Assembly (NCBI GenBank): GCA_033762295.1
Contig: JANRLW010000106.1
Coordinates: forward strand, 1-52,134
Length of the DNA: 52,134 nucleotides
Reading direction: 5' to 3'
From: Capsulimonadales bacterium
GTDB lineage: Bacteria; Armatimonadota; Armatimonadia; Armatimonadales; Armatimonadaceae
In this document: positions 21,001-31,000 of the stretch, one piece after another
Layout of the letters: every line of letters starts with the position of its first letter
How positions within the stretch are numbered: the first letter of the stretch is position 1
Notes under the pieces: model-generated
Seen by the model: the letters and a program-made list of their open reading frames with translations, nothing else
Database searches by the model: none
What the model was told of the DNA's origin: nothing
Made by a program: the position numbers and the translations under genes

Positions 21001-21061
21001 ATTCGAAAACGGCGGACGGCAACGGTACGTTGAGCGGAGCTTCCGGAGACGCGGCAGACAT
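18017..21061 (-). CDS. putA: Bifunctional proline dehydrogenase / P5C dehydrogenase
   Basis: DLLGE, RLVKGAYWD, YLVRRLLEN; ALDH motifs PWNFP, ELGGKN, GQKCSACS, EEIFGP. Confidence 0.96.
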   Translation of the reverse strand: MSAASPEAPLNVPLPSAVFESERIETDTQERGKTLFRAVRRMESSKTPIDWFYDSLMQLTTADEKVKVELFRFVDALPSLKTPDAVNRHLQEYLLRSDVKLPPLIASVLSTATGVPLLQGPVAWASHFGAKRMAERFIAGRNGQEAAAAIERLRSQDRTFTLDLLGEAVTSEAEALAYQAKYLELIEDLARIARRWPDRPRIDQASFGPLPKVNVSVKLSSLYSRFDPMAADTTVEAVKERLRPILRSARRHGIFVNFDMEQRDYCGITRRIFEEVFCEEEFANWGEIGIVVQAYLRDAERQLAELRDYSLRRGVPFTIRLVKGAYWDYETIISAQRGHPVPVWQNKADTDACYERCTEFLIRNWTSLRPAFATHNVRSAAHAQALAATHGLPPATIEFQVLYGMGDPIGRALAAQGERVRVYVPFGELLPGMAYLVRRLLENSSNDSFIRKAGENVRIDALLAPPRIHSISSVPTGGPPAGGTASAFVNEPETDFAEPRNQEAMRAALSVVRAELGKTVLRPSVVVDENAPRIIDRPCPNDTRLVASRTRYATAAEATEAVRVAAAAFPVWRDTPVRERCAVLRKAADHFRARRFEIAAWMVFEVGKPWREADADVAEAIDFCEFYAAEMERLSHPRRRNIPGEWNEFLYDARGPAVIIAPWNFPLAILTGMATAALVAGNPVLLKPAEQSSRVGFFLYEALTAAGCPEGVATYVPGDGEEIGPTLVNDPRVALIAFTGSKTVGLSILESAAVVRPGQREIKKVIAELGGKNAILVDEDADPDEAVLGTLHSFVGFAGQKCSACSRVVVIGSAYEPFCARLAEAVKSIRIGPADDPATTLGPVVDEESQRRVERYTEIGKAEGRMLAQVPVPESLRGRGYYVPATVFTDCPADGRLCQEEIFGPVLAVLRAADLTEALKIADDTPYALTGGFYSRSPKNIERARREFRVGNLYINRKITGAIVDRQPFGGARMSGIGSKAGGPDYLLQFLNPRTITESVLRRGFAPSAEPGGE

Positions 21062-21128
21062 GTTTTCGGCGACCTTTCCTTATTTATATACCGATTGTCG
21101 GCGGTTTTGGTGCCGTTCGCGCGATGGG

Positions 21129-22475
21129 TTACCCGACGGACGATACATGGCGTCGCGTACCCGGAAGACGAAGCGCCAGCGCCAGTCCCAGAAGGATCAG
21201 GACAAACGTCTCGGTAAAGACCGCGAGACCGCCGGTCTGACGCATGAGAAAACCGGCCACCAGCGGAAGCAGCAGAGAGGGGGAGGAAGCGACGCTCATC
21301 AACCCCAGGAAGGTGGCCTGCTTCTCGGTCGGGACCGATTCGATCAGGTAGTTGGTGATAGGAATCCACCAGTCCATCGACGCTCCGAAGAGAAGGTAGG
21401 CCAGCAGGAAAAGCGTCAGGTTTCCGCCCGAAATGCCACCCAGAGCGGCCAGCAGGGGGCAGGACAGCGCGGTCCCGAGGAGTCCGACAACGGCGGTTTT
21501 CGGGCCGAATCGATCGTTCACCCAACCCCAGAGCGGCGCGCAAAGCAGCATGCCGGCGGTCTGAACGGCCAGAAAGAGACCCGGCATACCGCCTTCGAAA
21601 ATGCCGACCAGCCCCTGCAGTCCGAACGGCAGGCGTTCGGGCATGCGTGTGCCGAGGGATTCCGCATAGCCGATCAGAAAGGGCATCCCCGCGCCGGTCG
21701 CCGTCAGGAATATCTGGACGGTCGCCAGCAGCAGGAACGTCGGGTGTTCGCGCATTTGCCCGGGTAAAGAGCGCAGGTAGGCAAAAAAACCGGGGGAGGG
21801 AGTCGAGTCGGGGGTATCGTCCGTCGGCTCCGGTTCGCGGAACGAGGCGATAAACCCCCAGGAAACCGCCAGGGAAAGCGCGCAGAGCAGCAACAGCAAG
21901 CCCATGTTCTGCGGGAAGGCGACATACCGGCCCGAAAGCAGCACGGCGACGCCGCCGCTCAGGATTAACCGGCTGACCCCCGCAACGACCTGAGTGGCGG
22001 CGAAAAGGCGTCCGCGTTGACGGGCCGGGATCATTTTACCGACCAGCGCCGTCCACGGAACCGCTCCGGCGCCGTCGCCCAGCCATGCCAGAACCAGTGC
22101 AACGGTCAGCACGGTCAGGGCAAGAAAGGGGAACCGATCTCCCAGGAAATAGACCGCCGCTGCGGTCGGAAACAGCCCGATCCGTCCCCACAGACAGACC
22201 TGGACCAGAATCGGTTTGTAGCGCGAAGCTCCCTGGAGAGAGTGGGCGATCAGCACGGGAGCCAGGAAGGAGGCGGCCTGACGCAAGGATAAAAGCAGGC
22301 CGAGAAACGCGGCATCGCCCCCGAGTGATCGAACAATCGCCGGGAGCGCCGTGGAGGTGTCGATAAACGACATCCCGATCAGGTAGAAGGCGACATCGCC
22401 CAGCAGCATCAGGCCGTTGAAACGAACCGACGGAAGGGGTCGGCGGTCCGTCGCCGCAGGCGGGATCGCGTTCAT
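21129..22475 (-). CDS. MFS transporter
   Basis: About 12 TM segments; WGWVNDRFGPK motif; ATG overlaps the recF stop (TGATG). Confidence 0.85.
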   Translation of the reverse strand: MNAIPPAATDRRPLPSVRFNGLMLLGDVAFYLIGMSFIDTSTALPAIVRSLGGDAAFLGLLLSLRQAASFLAPVLIAHSLQGASRYKPILVQVCLWGRIGLFPTAAAVYFLGDRFPFLALTVLTVALVLAWLGDGAGAVPWTALVGKMIPARQRGRLFAATQVVAGVSRLILSGGVAVLLSGRYVAFPQNMGLLLLLCALSLAVSWGFIASFREPEPTDDTPDSTPSPGFFAYLRSLPGQMREHPTFLLLATVQIFLTATGAGMPFLIGYAESLGTRMPERLPFGLQGLVGIFEGGMPGLFLAVQTAGMLLCAPLWGWVNDRFGPKTAVVGLLGTALSCPLLAALGGISGGNLTLFLLAYLLFGASMDWWIPITNYLIESVPTEKQATFLGLMSVASSPSLLLPLVAGFLMRQTGGLAVFTETFVLILLGLALALRLPGTRRHVSSVG

Positions 22476-23641
22476 CAGGGAGCCTCCGTTCTTTCCACCG
22501 TTCCGGCGGCAACCCGCCAGATGGCGGCCTGCGCGATGGCCTCCGGTGGGATCGCCGCCAGATCGGTCGTCGTCAGAAAGGTCTGGCCTTCCGACAGCGC
22601 GAGTTCGAAGATACGGGCGCGGCGGTATTCGTCGAGGTCCGAAAGGACATCGTCCAGAAGGACGACCGGGGGTTCGCCGACCATCTCCTCGATCAACTGC
22701 CGTTCCGCCAACCGCAGAGACAGGGCGGTCGTTCGCTGCTGACCCTGGGAACCGTACGTCTGCACTTCCACCGCCGTCTCCGGCGTCGCGCCGACCGAGA
22801 ACCGCAGGTCGTCCCGTTGCGGTCCGAGCAGAGTCGTGCCGCGTTGCAACTCCTCGCGGCGCAGCTCTCCGAGGGCGGCGATGAAGGCGGTTTTGACCTC
22901 CTCCACCGTGACGACGCCGGGAGCGAGCGGGAACGAGGGGGCGTACTCCGGAGCCACCGTTTCCCGATTTTCGGTCAGGGAGCGGTGCATCGCGGCGGTG
23001 TGGACCGCCAGTTTTTCGACATAGGCGCGTCGACGCTCGATCAGGCGAGCGCCATGCTCCGCCACCTGCAGGGTCCACGTCTCCAGGGACGGCAGACCCG
23101 CCTGACCGTATTTGATATCCTTAAGCAGGCGGTTCCTCTGCTCCAGCGACCGTCGGTACGATCCGTAGGCCAGCGCATAGCGAGGGGATACCTGGGAGAT
23201 TTCGTAGTTGAGAAAACGGCGGCGGTCCTCCGGCTCTCCCCGAACGATATCGAGATCGACCGACGAGAAAAGGACGGCATTGACATGGCCGATCAGGTCG
23301 GTCACACGGGCCTGCTTTCCGTGATTGACTTTGACGATCTTTCGCTCGCCGCCGATATTGGTGGCGGTCGGGGAAGCGATCGCAATTTCGAGAAGGACAT
23401 CGCCCTGCTGTTCGCGACGGACCTCGGCGGCAACCCGGCAGGCGTCCGCGCCGAAACGGACCATCTCCCCGTCCCGTCCGGCGCGGACGGATTTGGTGGT
23501 GGCGAGAAGATAGATGGCTTCCAGGAGATTGGTTTTGCCCTGAGCGTTCGGACCGACAATCAGGTTCAGGCCGGGGAGCGGTTCCCAGCGGAGCGTCGTG
23601 TAGTTGCGGAAGTCGAAAAGCTCGAGCCGGGTGATATGCAT
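22475..23641 (-). CDS. recF: DNA replication/repair protein RecF
   Basis: FRNY, GPNAQGKTNLLEAI, GSQGQQR, LLDDVLSDLD. Confidence 0.97.
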   Translation of the reverse strand: MHITRLELFDFRNYTTLRWEPLPGLNLIVGPNAQGKTNLLEAIYLLATTKSVRAGRDGEMVRFGADACRVAAEVRREQQGDVLLEIAIASPTATNIGGERKIVKVNHGKQARVTDLIGHVNAVLFSSVDLDIVRGEPEDRRRFLNYEISQVSPRYALAYGSYRRSLEQRNRLLKDIKYGQAGLPSLETWTLQVAEHGARLIERRRAYVEKLAVHTAAMHRSLTENRETVAPEYAPSFPLAPGVVTVEEVKTAFIAALGELRREELQRGTTLLGPQRDDLRFSVGATPETAVEVQTYGSQGQQRTTALSLRLAERQLIEEMVGEPPVVLLDDVLSDLDEYRRARIFELALSEGQTFLTTTDLAAIPPEAIAQAAIWRVAAGTVERTEAP

Positions 23642-23803
23642 GGGGAGCGCAGTGATTCCGTTCCATGCTAACACCCGGACGAAAACGCGTCAAGTTGCCG
23701 CGTTCGAACGGAGCGCGAAAGAACCTCGTGAAAACAGGGTGGACAGGACCGGTTTGTTTGAACCTTTCAAGGGCGGCCGCGATTCAAGGGGTGAGAACGC
23801 AGG

Positions 23804-24439
23804 ATGAACGAACGCCGTGCCGCCCTACCGCCAGATTGCGAGGAACTGTTCCGCCGTGTCCGGGCGGGGGATCGGGAAGCCTTCGACCTTCTGCGCCGCC
23901 ACCTTCTCCCGCCGATCGAGCGGTTCGCGGCGCGGTTGATCGGTCCGGGCGAGGATCGTACCGATATCGTGCGGGAGGCGATGCTGGCGCTCTGGGTTTC
24001 GCGGGACCGACTGGCGGGACCGGACAGCCTGCTGCCGTTCGCGTATAGGGTCGCCCGGAATACGGCTTACGATATTCTGCGGGCGCGTGGCCGTTTCGAT
24101 GTGCTCTCCGGGGATTCGATGAGAGGCGAACCCTTCGGAGAACGGCGGATGGCCCCGACACCGGGACCGGAGGAGACGATGATCCGCCTGACTCTCTGGC
24201 AGGAGGTGCAGGAGGCCATGGATCGCCTGCCGGAACTCCAGCGGCAGACCATGATTCTGTATGCCGAGGAGGATTTCACCTACCAGCAGATCGCCGAAGC
24301 GATGGCGACCGATATCGGGACGGTTCGGTCCCGTCTGTTCCATGCCCGGCGGAACCTGAAACGGCATCTTCGCCCCGATACCTGCGTCGCTCTGGGATTG
24401 AATACGGAAAACGACCGGCAGTCGACGGCCGGGAAATGA
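23804..24439 (+). CDS. ECF-type RNA polymerase sigma-70 factor
   Basis: GDREAF, region 2 YRVARN, region 4 YQQIAEAM...GTVRSRLFHARRNL. Confidence 0.92.
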   Translation: MNERRAALPPDCEELFRRVRAGDREAFDLLRRHLLPPIERFAARLIGPGEDRTDIVREAMLALWVSRDRLAGPDSLLPFAYRVARNTAYDILRARGRFDVLSGDSMRGEPFGERRMAPTPGPEETMIRLTLWQEVQEAMDRLPELQRQTMILYAEEDFTYQQIAEAMATDIGTVRSRLFHARRNLKRHLRPDTCVALGLNTENDRQSTAGK

Positions 24440-24450
24440 AAGGAAACTCC

Positions 24451-24888
24451 ATGCAAAACGACACGACACTTCGCGGACTGATCCGCCTGCTGCCGCCCAT
24501 CGCCGCCCTCAGGGAGCAACTCGAAAAGAGCCTGCACCTGGAGTCGTTCGCGGGCACCGGCGACATCGCGGTGAACAGCCTGAAAGGGCTTCAGAGCGCC
24601 ATCGCGCAACTGGCTCCCGACGCCTATGTGGCGGCGCTTGCCCCGATCGTTCCGGAGGGCGCGGGCGATCGGGAAAAGGTCTCCCTGGCGCTTTTGATCG
24701 CCGCCCAGCTCCAGGCGTATGTGGAAGGGGAGACAGGGCTGCCCGGCGCGTTCCGGAGCGGTGGGGGAGGGTCGATCCAAACCGCGCCGAACATCAGTAT
24801 CAATGCGGTACATGGCGTTCCGAATATCGGCGCGGTCATGGAAAAGGCGCTCGCCCTCAGTGAAAAGGACACCGAGAACGTTTCATGA
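24451..24888 (+). CDS. Hypothetical protein co-transcribed with the ECF sigma
   Basis: SD AAAGGA before ATG 24451; coding-like composition. Confidence 0.7.
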   Translation: MQNDTTLRGLIRLLPPIAALREQLEKSLHLESFAGTGDIAVNSLKGLQSAIAQLAPDAYVAALAPIVPEGAGDREKVSLALLIAAQLQAYVEGETGLPGAFRSGGGGSIQTAPNISINAVHGVPNIGAVMEKALALSEKDTENVS

Positions 24889-25710
24889 TCGGACGAAGAC
24901 GGTCCTCAGCCAGGCGAACAGCGAAAACGGGGAGCGTCTTTTGGTCGGCATGCTCTGCGATACGGGTTCGGACGAGCGACGGCGGGCGGGGGGCGCGGAC
25001 GGACGCGGAGCGGGCGGCGTGGCCAGGAACGTCTCCCGCTCCCCCGCCATGCAGAGCGCCACTTGTGTTACGGTCTCGGAAGCGACCATCAGGCAGTCGG
25101 CGGCCGCTTTGATCATCCGCCAGGATTGTTGCGGCAAAAAGGTCGCCAGGTCGGCGATGATGTCGTGCATTTCCTGGCAGATACTGCGGACCTGCAGGGT
25201 CGCCCGCATTGCGGCGCGGGCGGCGGACGGATCGTCCCGATCCAGTGCGTAGGCGGTCGCCTGAAAGAGCAGGATCACCTGGTCGGTCATGCGCACCAGA
25301 GGGGCGAACCCGAACGGGGGAAGTCGGACGATGCGTAGCAGGCGAAAAAGTTCATAGACATGGTGGACCGCTCCCGAGGCCGCGAACAGGCAACCCACCA
25401 CCTCCGGCAGTCGGGCTTTGCGCTTCTCGTAGACCGGGTTCCCCTCGGTATGGTGGAGCAACCCCCGCATACGACCGTCCAGATCCTCCAGCAGCGGCGG
25501 CACCGGCGGCGGCGGAAGGAGATGCGTCAGGTTATTCGGCGCGAAGTAGACACACGATTTGGAAAGGCTTTCCGCCAGCGATGACAAAAGTTCGCCCATC
25601 TCCCGTTCCGCGACACGCAGGGGGGAACCGGGCGGATCGGGAGCCGCTTGCTCGTCCGACGGCCGTACATACGGCAGGGCGATCATCGTTTGTGGCAGTG
25701 TGTTTGTCAT
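24883..25710 (-). CDS. Hypothetical helical protein (start uncertain)
   Basis: Longest ORF filling the gap between convergent and divergent genes; no recognised motif. Confidence 0.55.
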   Translation of the reverse strand: MTNTLPQTMIALPYVRPSDEQAAPDPPGSPLRVAEREMGELLSSLAESLSKSCVYFAPNNLTHLLPPPPVPPLLEDLDGRMRGLLHHTEGNPVYEKRKARLPEVVGCLFAASGAVHHVYELFRLLRIVRLPPFGFAPLVRMTDQVILLFQATAYALDRDDPSAARAAMRATLQVRSICQEMHDIIADLATFLPQQSWRMIKAAADCLMVASETVTQVALCMAGERETFLATPPAPRPSAPPARRRSSEPVSQSMPTKRRSPFSLFAWLRTVFVRS

Positions 25711-25893
25711 GGTTCCGGTTCGGGCGTGTGTGTCGGCTATCTCCTGAAGCCGGACAAAGCAAGAATCATGCGATAAACCGGTCGTCATCCGTTGGGCGGG
25801 AATTTTTCCTGTTGTTCGAGCGACCGTCGAACGGCATTGTGGCAGGCAGGATTCCGGCCGTCCCGTAAGGAAAGAGATGACGGGAAGACCGAG

Positions 25894-26763
25894 ATGCCCC
25901 GTCGACCGAAACCGCCCGGCCGCGGAACCGTGCCGCCGCGCGAAACCCTGCTGTTAGCGTACCGGTTCGTCGCCCTGGTCCTGGTCGGCGCAATAATCGG
26001 CTGGCTTCTTCGATCCGGGCCGCCTCGAACCGTGCCGCCGACCCCTATCACGAACCCGGGGGCGCCTCTGGGCGGTGTGACCGTGATTCTCGACCCCGGT
26101 CATGGCGGGAGCGATTCCGGGTATCGCCGAAAGGACTGCCGGGAGGACACGCTGAATTACCGTTTTGCCGCCACCCTGGGCCGGGTACTCTCGGAGGGGG
26201 GCGCGAACGTGCGGTTCACGGTGACGAGCGCCGCCCTGGATATCCGTCCGATCGAGGGACGGCCGGAACCGCCGCTGCTGCGACCGAGGGACGCCCGGCT
26301 GGCGTTCAATCGGACGCCCGTCACCGGGTCGGTGGATGCGCTGCATCAACGCGCGGCGTTCGCCCGGGAACCGTACCGGTCACTCACTCCGGAGAAACGC
26401 GCCCTGGCGAAGGGACTGTACTTCCTGGCGATCCATCATGACTCCTTCCGGTTGAAGCGGGTGCGGGGCGCGCACGTCCTCTATGACCGCCGCGCCGGTG
26501 GGCCGCCGCGCCTGGCGCATGTTCTGGCCCGTCGGCTGTCGCAGGCCGGTCTGGCCCGCACGAAGTACGACGGCAAAATTCCGGTCTCCGATGCCCGGCA
26601 ACTCGGCGTCCTGAACCCGCTCTTCAACCCCGTTCCGCAGCGGGCGCTTCTCGAGGTGGCGACGCTCTCGAACGCGAAGGATCGGGAGAACGCTTTCTCC
26701 CGGCAGTGGCGATGGAAGTTCGCCCGGTTGATCCGCGATGCGATCATCGAATGCGAACGGTGA
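25894..26763 (+). CDS. N-acetylmuramoyl-L-alanine amidase (Amidase_3), membrane-anchored
   Basis: TM segment, ILDPGHGG, E(DTLN), LAIHHD, LLEVATLSN. Confidence 0.88.
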   Translation: MPRRPKPPGRGTVPPRETLLLAYRFVALVLVGAIIGWLLRSGPPRTVPPTPITNPGAPLGGVTVILDPGHGGSDSGYRRKDCREDTLNYRFAATLGRVLSEGGANVRFTVTSAALDIRPIEGRPEPPLLRPRDARLAFNRTPVTGSVDALHQRAAFAREPYRSLTPEKRALAKGLYFLAIHHDSFRLKRVRGAHVLYDRRAGGPPRLAHVLARRLSQAGLARTKYDGKIPVSDARQLGVLNPLFNPVPQRALLEVATLSNAKDRENAFSRQWRWKFARLIRDAIIECER

Positions 26764-26768
26764 CGTTG

Positions 26769-26886
26769 CGCCCCCGGTTGATCCCATGGCGACCGGGGAA
26801 CGCTCCTTGACAGGAGAACCGGCGAGTGTTACTGTGTGTTTGATGAACACGAAGGCAGAGGCCGACGTCGATCCGACGGCTTACGA
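26769..26886 (+). repeat. 118-bp direct repeat, copy 1 (hairpin, promoter, operator, first 15 codons of nrtR)
   Basis: Manual alignment to 33950-34067 gives 5 mismatches and no gaps. Confidence 0.95.
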
Positions 26887-28054
26887 CACCACCATCGATA
26901 CCGCATGGGTACGGCAGGCGGTCCGTGCCATCCACGCCGACATGCGTCGCTCCGCCGATACCCACCTGTTGCGGTTTCCTCTGCCGGCGACAGCCTTTGA
27001 TGGGCTGGCGCTCTATCTCAAAGACGAGTCCACCCATCCGACCGGAAGTCTGAAACACCGGCTGGCGCGATCGCTCTTTCTTTATGCGCTCTGTAACGGC
27101 AAGATAACCAACCCCGATGTGCCAGTCTATGAGGCGTCTTCCGGTTCGACCGCGATTTCCGAGGCATATTTTGCGCAATTGATCGGTTTGCGTAACTTCT
27201 ATGCTGTGGTGCCCGCACGAACAGCGCCGATGAAATTACGTCTGATCGAGGACTATGGCGGCAAAGTCCTGCGCACCGAGGATGATGTCATTGCTGAAGC
27301 GAAGCGACAGGCAGCGGCGAATAACGGCTATTTCGTCGATCAGTTCACTTTCTCCGAACGAGCCACCGACTGGCGCGGCAACAACAACATTGCGGAAACG
27401 ATTTTCGAACAGATGGAGCAGGAACCGGAATCCTTTCGGATTCCTCAGTGGGTGGTAGTCGGAGCGGGAACCGGAGGCACTTCCGCCACCATTGGTCGTT
27501 ATGCCCGATATAAGGGATTTGACACCCGTGTCTGTGTGGCGGATCCACCTGAATCGTCCTACTTTTCCTGCTGGGCGCGGTCGCGAGGTCGCGAGAGCCA
27601 TACCCTGCAACGTTATTGTATGGCGTCTCCCATCGAAGGAATCGGTCGTCCCACGCCCGCCGATTCGTTTCTGCCCGAGATCATCGATGGTATGGTGACG
27701 GTTCCCAATGAAGCCTCGGTCGGAGCGATGCTATATCTCTATCAAACGGGTCGATACTATTGCGGCGTCAGCACCGGGACCAACCTGATCGGGGCCATTC
27801 AGCTCCTGGAGAAGATGCGGCAGGAGGGGCAGAGCGGCTCACTGGTGACCTTGATCTGCGACTCCGGTCTTCGTTATGCGCAGACGTATTATGATTCCTC
27901 GTGGCGCAGCCTCCAGCGCTATCCCGACGGCTCCCCGATGTATGACGAATCTCTGGTAACCGCCTATATGGACGCAGTGCGGGCGTTCCTGGAACGCGGA
28001 CGATCGTTTCCGTATGAACTATTGTCTGGTCGAATAGCGGTAGATTTTACTTGA
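26843..28054 (+). CDS. PLP-dependent cysteine synthase family protein (Cds1-like cysteine desulfhydrase) with NrtR-derived N-terminus
   Basis: RSADTHL, LKDESTHPTGSLKHRLARSLFLY, EASSGSTA, TDWRGNNNIAE, GAGTGGTS. Confidence 0.9.
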   Translation: MNTKAEADVDPTAYDTTIDTAWVRQAVRAIHADMRRSADTHLLRFPLPATAFDGLALYLKDESTHPTGSLKHRLARSLFLYALCNGKITNPDVPVYEASSGSTAISEAYFAQLIGLRNFYAVVPARTAPMKLRLIEDYGGKVLRTEDDVIAEAKRQAAANNGYFVDQFTFSERATDWRGNNNIAETIFEQMEQEPESFRIPQWVVVGAGTGGTSATIGRYARYKGFDTRVCVADPPESSYFSCWARSRGRESHTLQRYCMASPIEGIGRPTPADSFLPEIIDGMVTVPNEASVGAMLYLYQTGRYYCGVSTGTNLIGAIQLLEKMRQEGQSGSLVTLICDSGLRYAQTYYDSSWRSLQRYPDGSPMYDESLVTAYMDAVRAFLERGRSFPYELLSGRIAVDFT

Positions 28055-28093
28055 TCCCCGAAAACCGGAGGGATTCTTGGGGTAGAATGGTCC

Positions 28094-31000
28094 ATGGTAT
28101 CGGAGCAGGTAATCTGGAAGGTGGAACTGCTCGGGCAGTTCCGGCTTCAGCGAGATGAGCAGATCTGGGAGCGGTTTCAGACCCGGAAAACCGAGGCGCT
28201 GTTTACCTATCTTGCGCTTCATCCCGAACGGCGCCATCCGCGCGAGGTCCTCTGCGACCTGCTCTGGCCGGAAACCGACCGCGATTCCTCCCGAAATCGA
28301 CTATCGCAGGCGGTGGGCTGGCTCCGTCCCCGCCTGGAGTCGGAGGAGTCCCTGCGCGGACGGGTGCTTCTGACGGATCGGCAACGGGTGGGTATCGAAA
28401 TCACGGCGATTGCGACCGACGTTTCCGAGTTTTTGGAAGCGGTGGCATCTGCCGAACGCACCACGGATCCGACTCGCCGCCTCGAACGGTATAAACGGGC
28501 CGTGGGACTGTATTCGGGCCATCTCACCCCGGCGCTCGAAGAGGAGTGGGTTCTCAGCGAACGACAGCGCCTCTATGAAATCTTCCGGCGATCCCTGAAC
28601 CGGTTGCTAACCTTGCTCGAAGAACGGCAGGCTATGGAGGAAGCCCTCACCCTCGCACGGTGGGCTGTCTCCCTCGACCCCCTGTCCGAGGATGTTCATG
28701 GCAATGTCATCCGCCTGCTATTGAAAAGCGGACAGTTTTCCGCAGCGCAACGCCATTATCAAGGTCTTTCGGAACTCCTGACAAAACACCTTGATCAGAA
28801 ACCTTACCAAGATTGGACCGAGTTTCTTAAGCGGAACGCCTCGCCGCAGCCAAAAGCAACCGAACAGGAAACCACACGAGAGGTCTCCGTTCCCGTTCCC
28901 CTCACCCGTTTCTTTGGGCGTCAAGAGGAGCTTGCCCGTATCGAACAGATGATTCTTCAACGGGAAACCCGGCTGATCACCCTGACAGGACTGGGGGGAA
29001 CAGGGAAGACCCGCCTCGCGGTCGAACTGGCGCATCGACTCTCAGGAGAATATCGGGGCGCTGTCTGGTTCATTCCCCTGGCGGATGTCAGCGATGCCAA
29101 TCTGATTCCCGCTGCCATTGCGGATGGAATCAAAGGGGAAGGCGCCCGAACGGCAGGGGCAGTCCGTCAGATCGTTACCACACTCCAGGATCAACCCGCT
29201 CTGCTGATTCTGGATAACCTCGAACACCTGGCCGAGGGGGCCGTTGACCCGATACGCCACCTTCTGGAACGCCTGCCGCTGCTCACGATCGTCGTCACTT
29301 CGCGCCAACTGCTCGGAGTGACGGGGGAGAGGGAACTCACAGTTCCTCCGTTGATGGTGCCGGATACCGAAAACGCCCCACGCGACGCCCTCGGATTTGG
29401 AGCTTTCCCCGGTGTGCAACTATTCCTCGACCGCGCCAGAGCAGTTCGTCCCAATCTTTCGCTCACTGCCGAGAACGCTCCGATCCTCTCCCGGCTCTGT
29501 TCCCGCCTTGACGGACTTCCGCTGGCGATCGAATTGTGCGCCGCCTGGGCGCAGACGTTGACTCCGGAAGAGATGCTCGATCATTTGAACCGGCGGTTCG
29601 ATCTGCTGGTCAGTCGTCGCCGTGATATCCCGGCCCGGCATCGGACATTACGGGCGACTCTCGAATACAGCTATCTGCTGTTGCCGGAGAACCTTCAGCG
29701 ATTGTTCCTGGAACTGTCGGTCTTTCGTGGAGGCTGGACGCTCGATGCCGCGCTTGCCGTTTGCGGATTGAAAACGGACACACCGCTTGCTCTCCTGAAG
29801 GACATCACCGAACTGCGCGAACGTTCGCTGGTGGTGGCAAGCGAATCGAAACAAGCAAAGGACCGGGCAATGCGGTTTCGGATGCTGGAAAGTGTCCGCG
29901 AATTCGCTGCCGAACAACAGACAATTGCCGATCGTGCCCGTCTGATGCGCCGGCACTTCGACTTTTTCAGGGAGCTGACGGTCGGCGATGGCTCGGGTCC
30001 GGACGGTAGCGACCCGGCGAATACCCATCGGAAGTTAACCGAAGAACAGGAAAACCTTCGGGCGGCGCTCGCCTGGGCGGAGGAAGTGGGCTGGCAACAG
30101 GAGGGCCTGGACCTGGCCGTCGCGCTGACCGACTTCTGGGAAATGCAGGGCGACGCGGTGGAGGGAATCCATTGGATTCAACGATTTTTCGGGTCCGGGA
30201 AACCTCCGCGGGATGCGTACAGGGAAGCAAGGGCGTTGCTGGCGATGGGACAGCTTCGGCGCGCAACGGCGGATTACGGCAACGCAAAGAAAGCGCTGGA
30301 AGAGGCGCTCCTTCTTTTCCGTAAACAGCAGGACCACGCGGGAACGGCCCATGCGCTGATGATTCTTGGAACCATCGCCAACACGCTCGAAGAGAACCCG
30401 CAAGCCCGGACGTTGCTGAATGAAGCGCTGCATTTCGCACGATGTCATGGTGACCCCTCGTTAGTGGCCCGGGTCGTATCCAATCTTGCCACCGTCGCTA
30501 TGGACGAATGCGATTGGCCGATCGCCTGGAACCTGTTTGAGCAGATTCTTACCTATCGCCGAAGCGAGGGAAATGAGAAACGTTTATCCAGCACCCTGAA
30601 TAACCTCGGATTGGTGGCACGTTACCAGGGCGAATACGACAGGGCTTTGTCTCTTCTGAAGGAGGGATTACAACTGGCCCTTCGGATCGCGGACAGACCC
30701 GGTATTGGTATCTCCTACCTGAACCTGGCGACCGTGTATCGTCTGGTACGGCAATTGGAACCTGCAAAGCAGTGCCTGCTGGAATCGCTTCGTCTGACCT
30801 ACACCGTCGACGACCGCCGGGCTTTTGCCTGGTGCGTCAAGGAGGCAGGGCATATCGCCTGTGCGGATGGCGATTTCGCCACCGGCGTGAGCTTCCTTGG
30901 GACAGCTGAGAAGTTGCGTGGCGATCTCGGAATCTCCTTTAAGCCCGCGGACCCAATGGAACGAGAACGAGATCTGGAGCGGGCTCGGAACGCGATCGGT

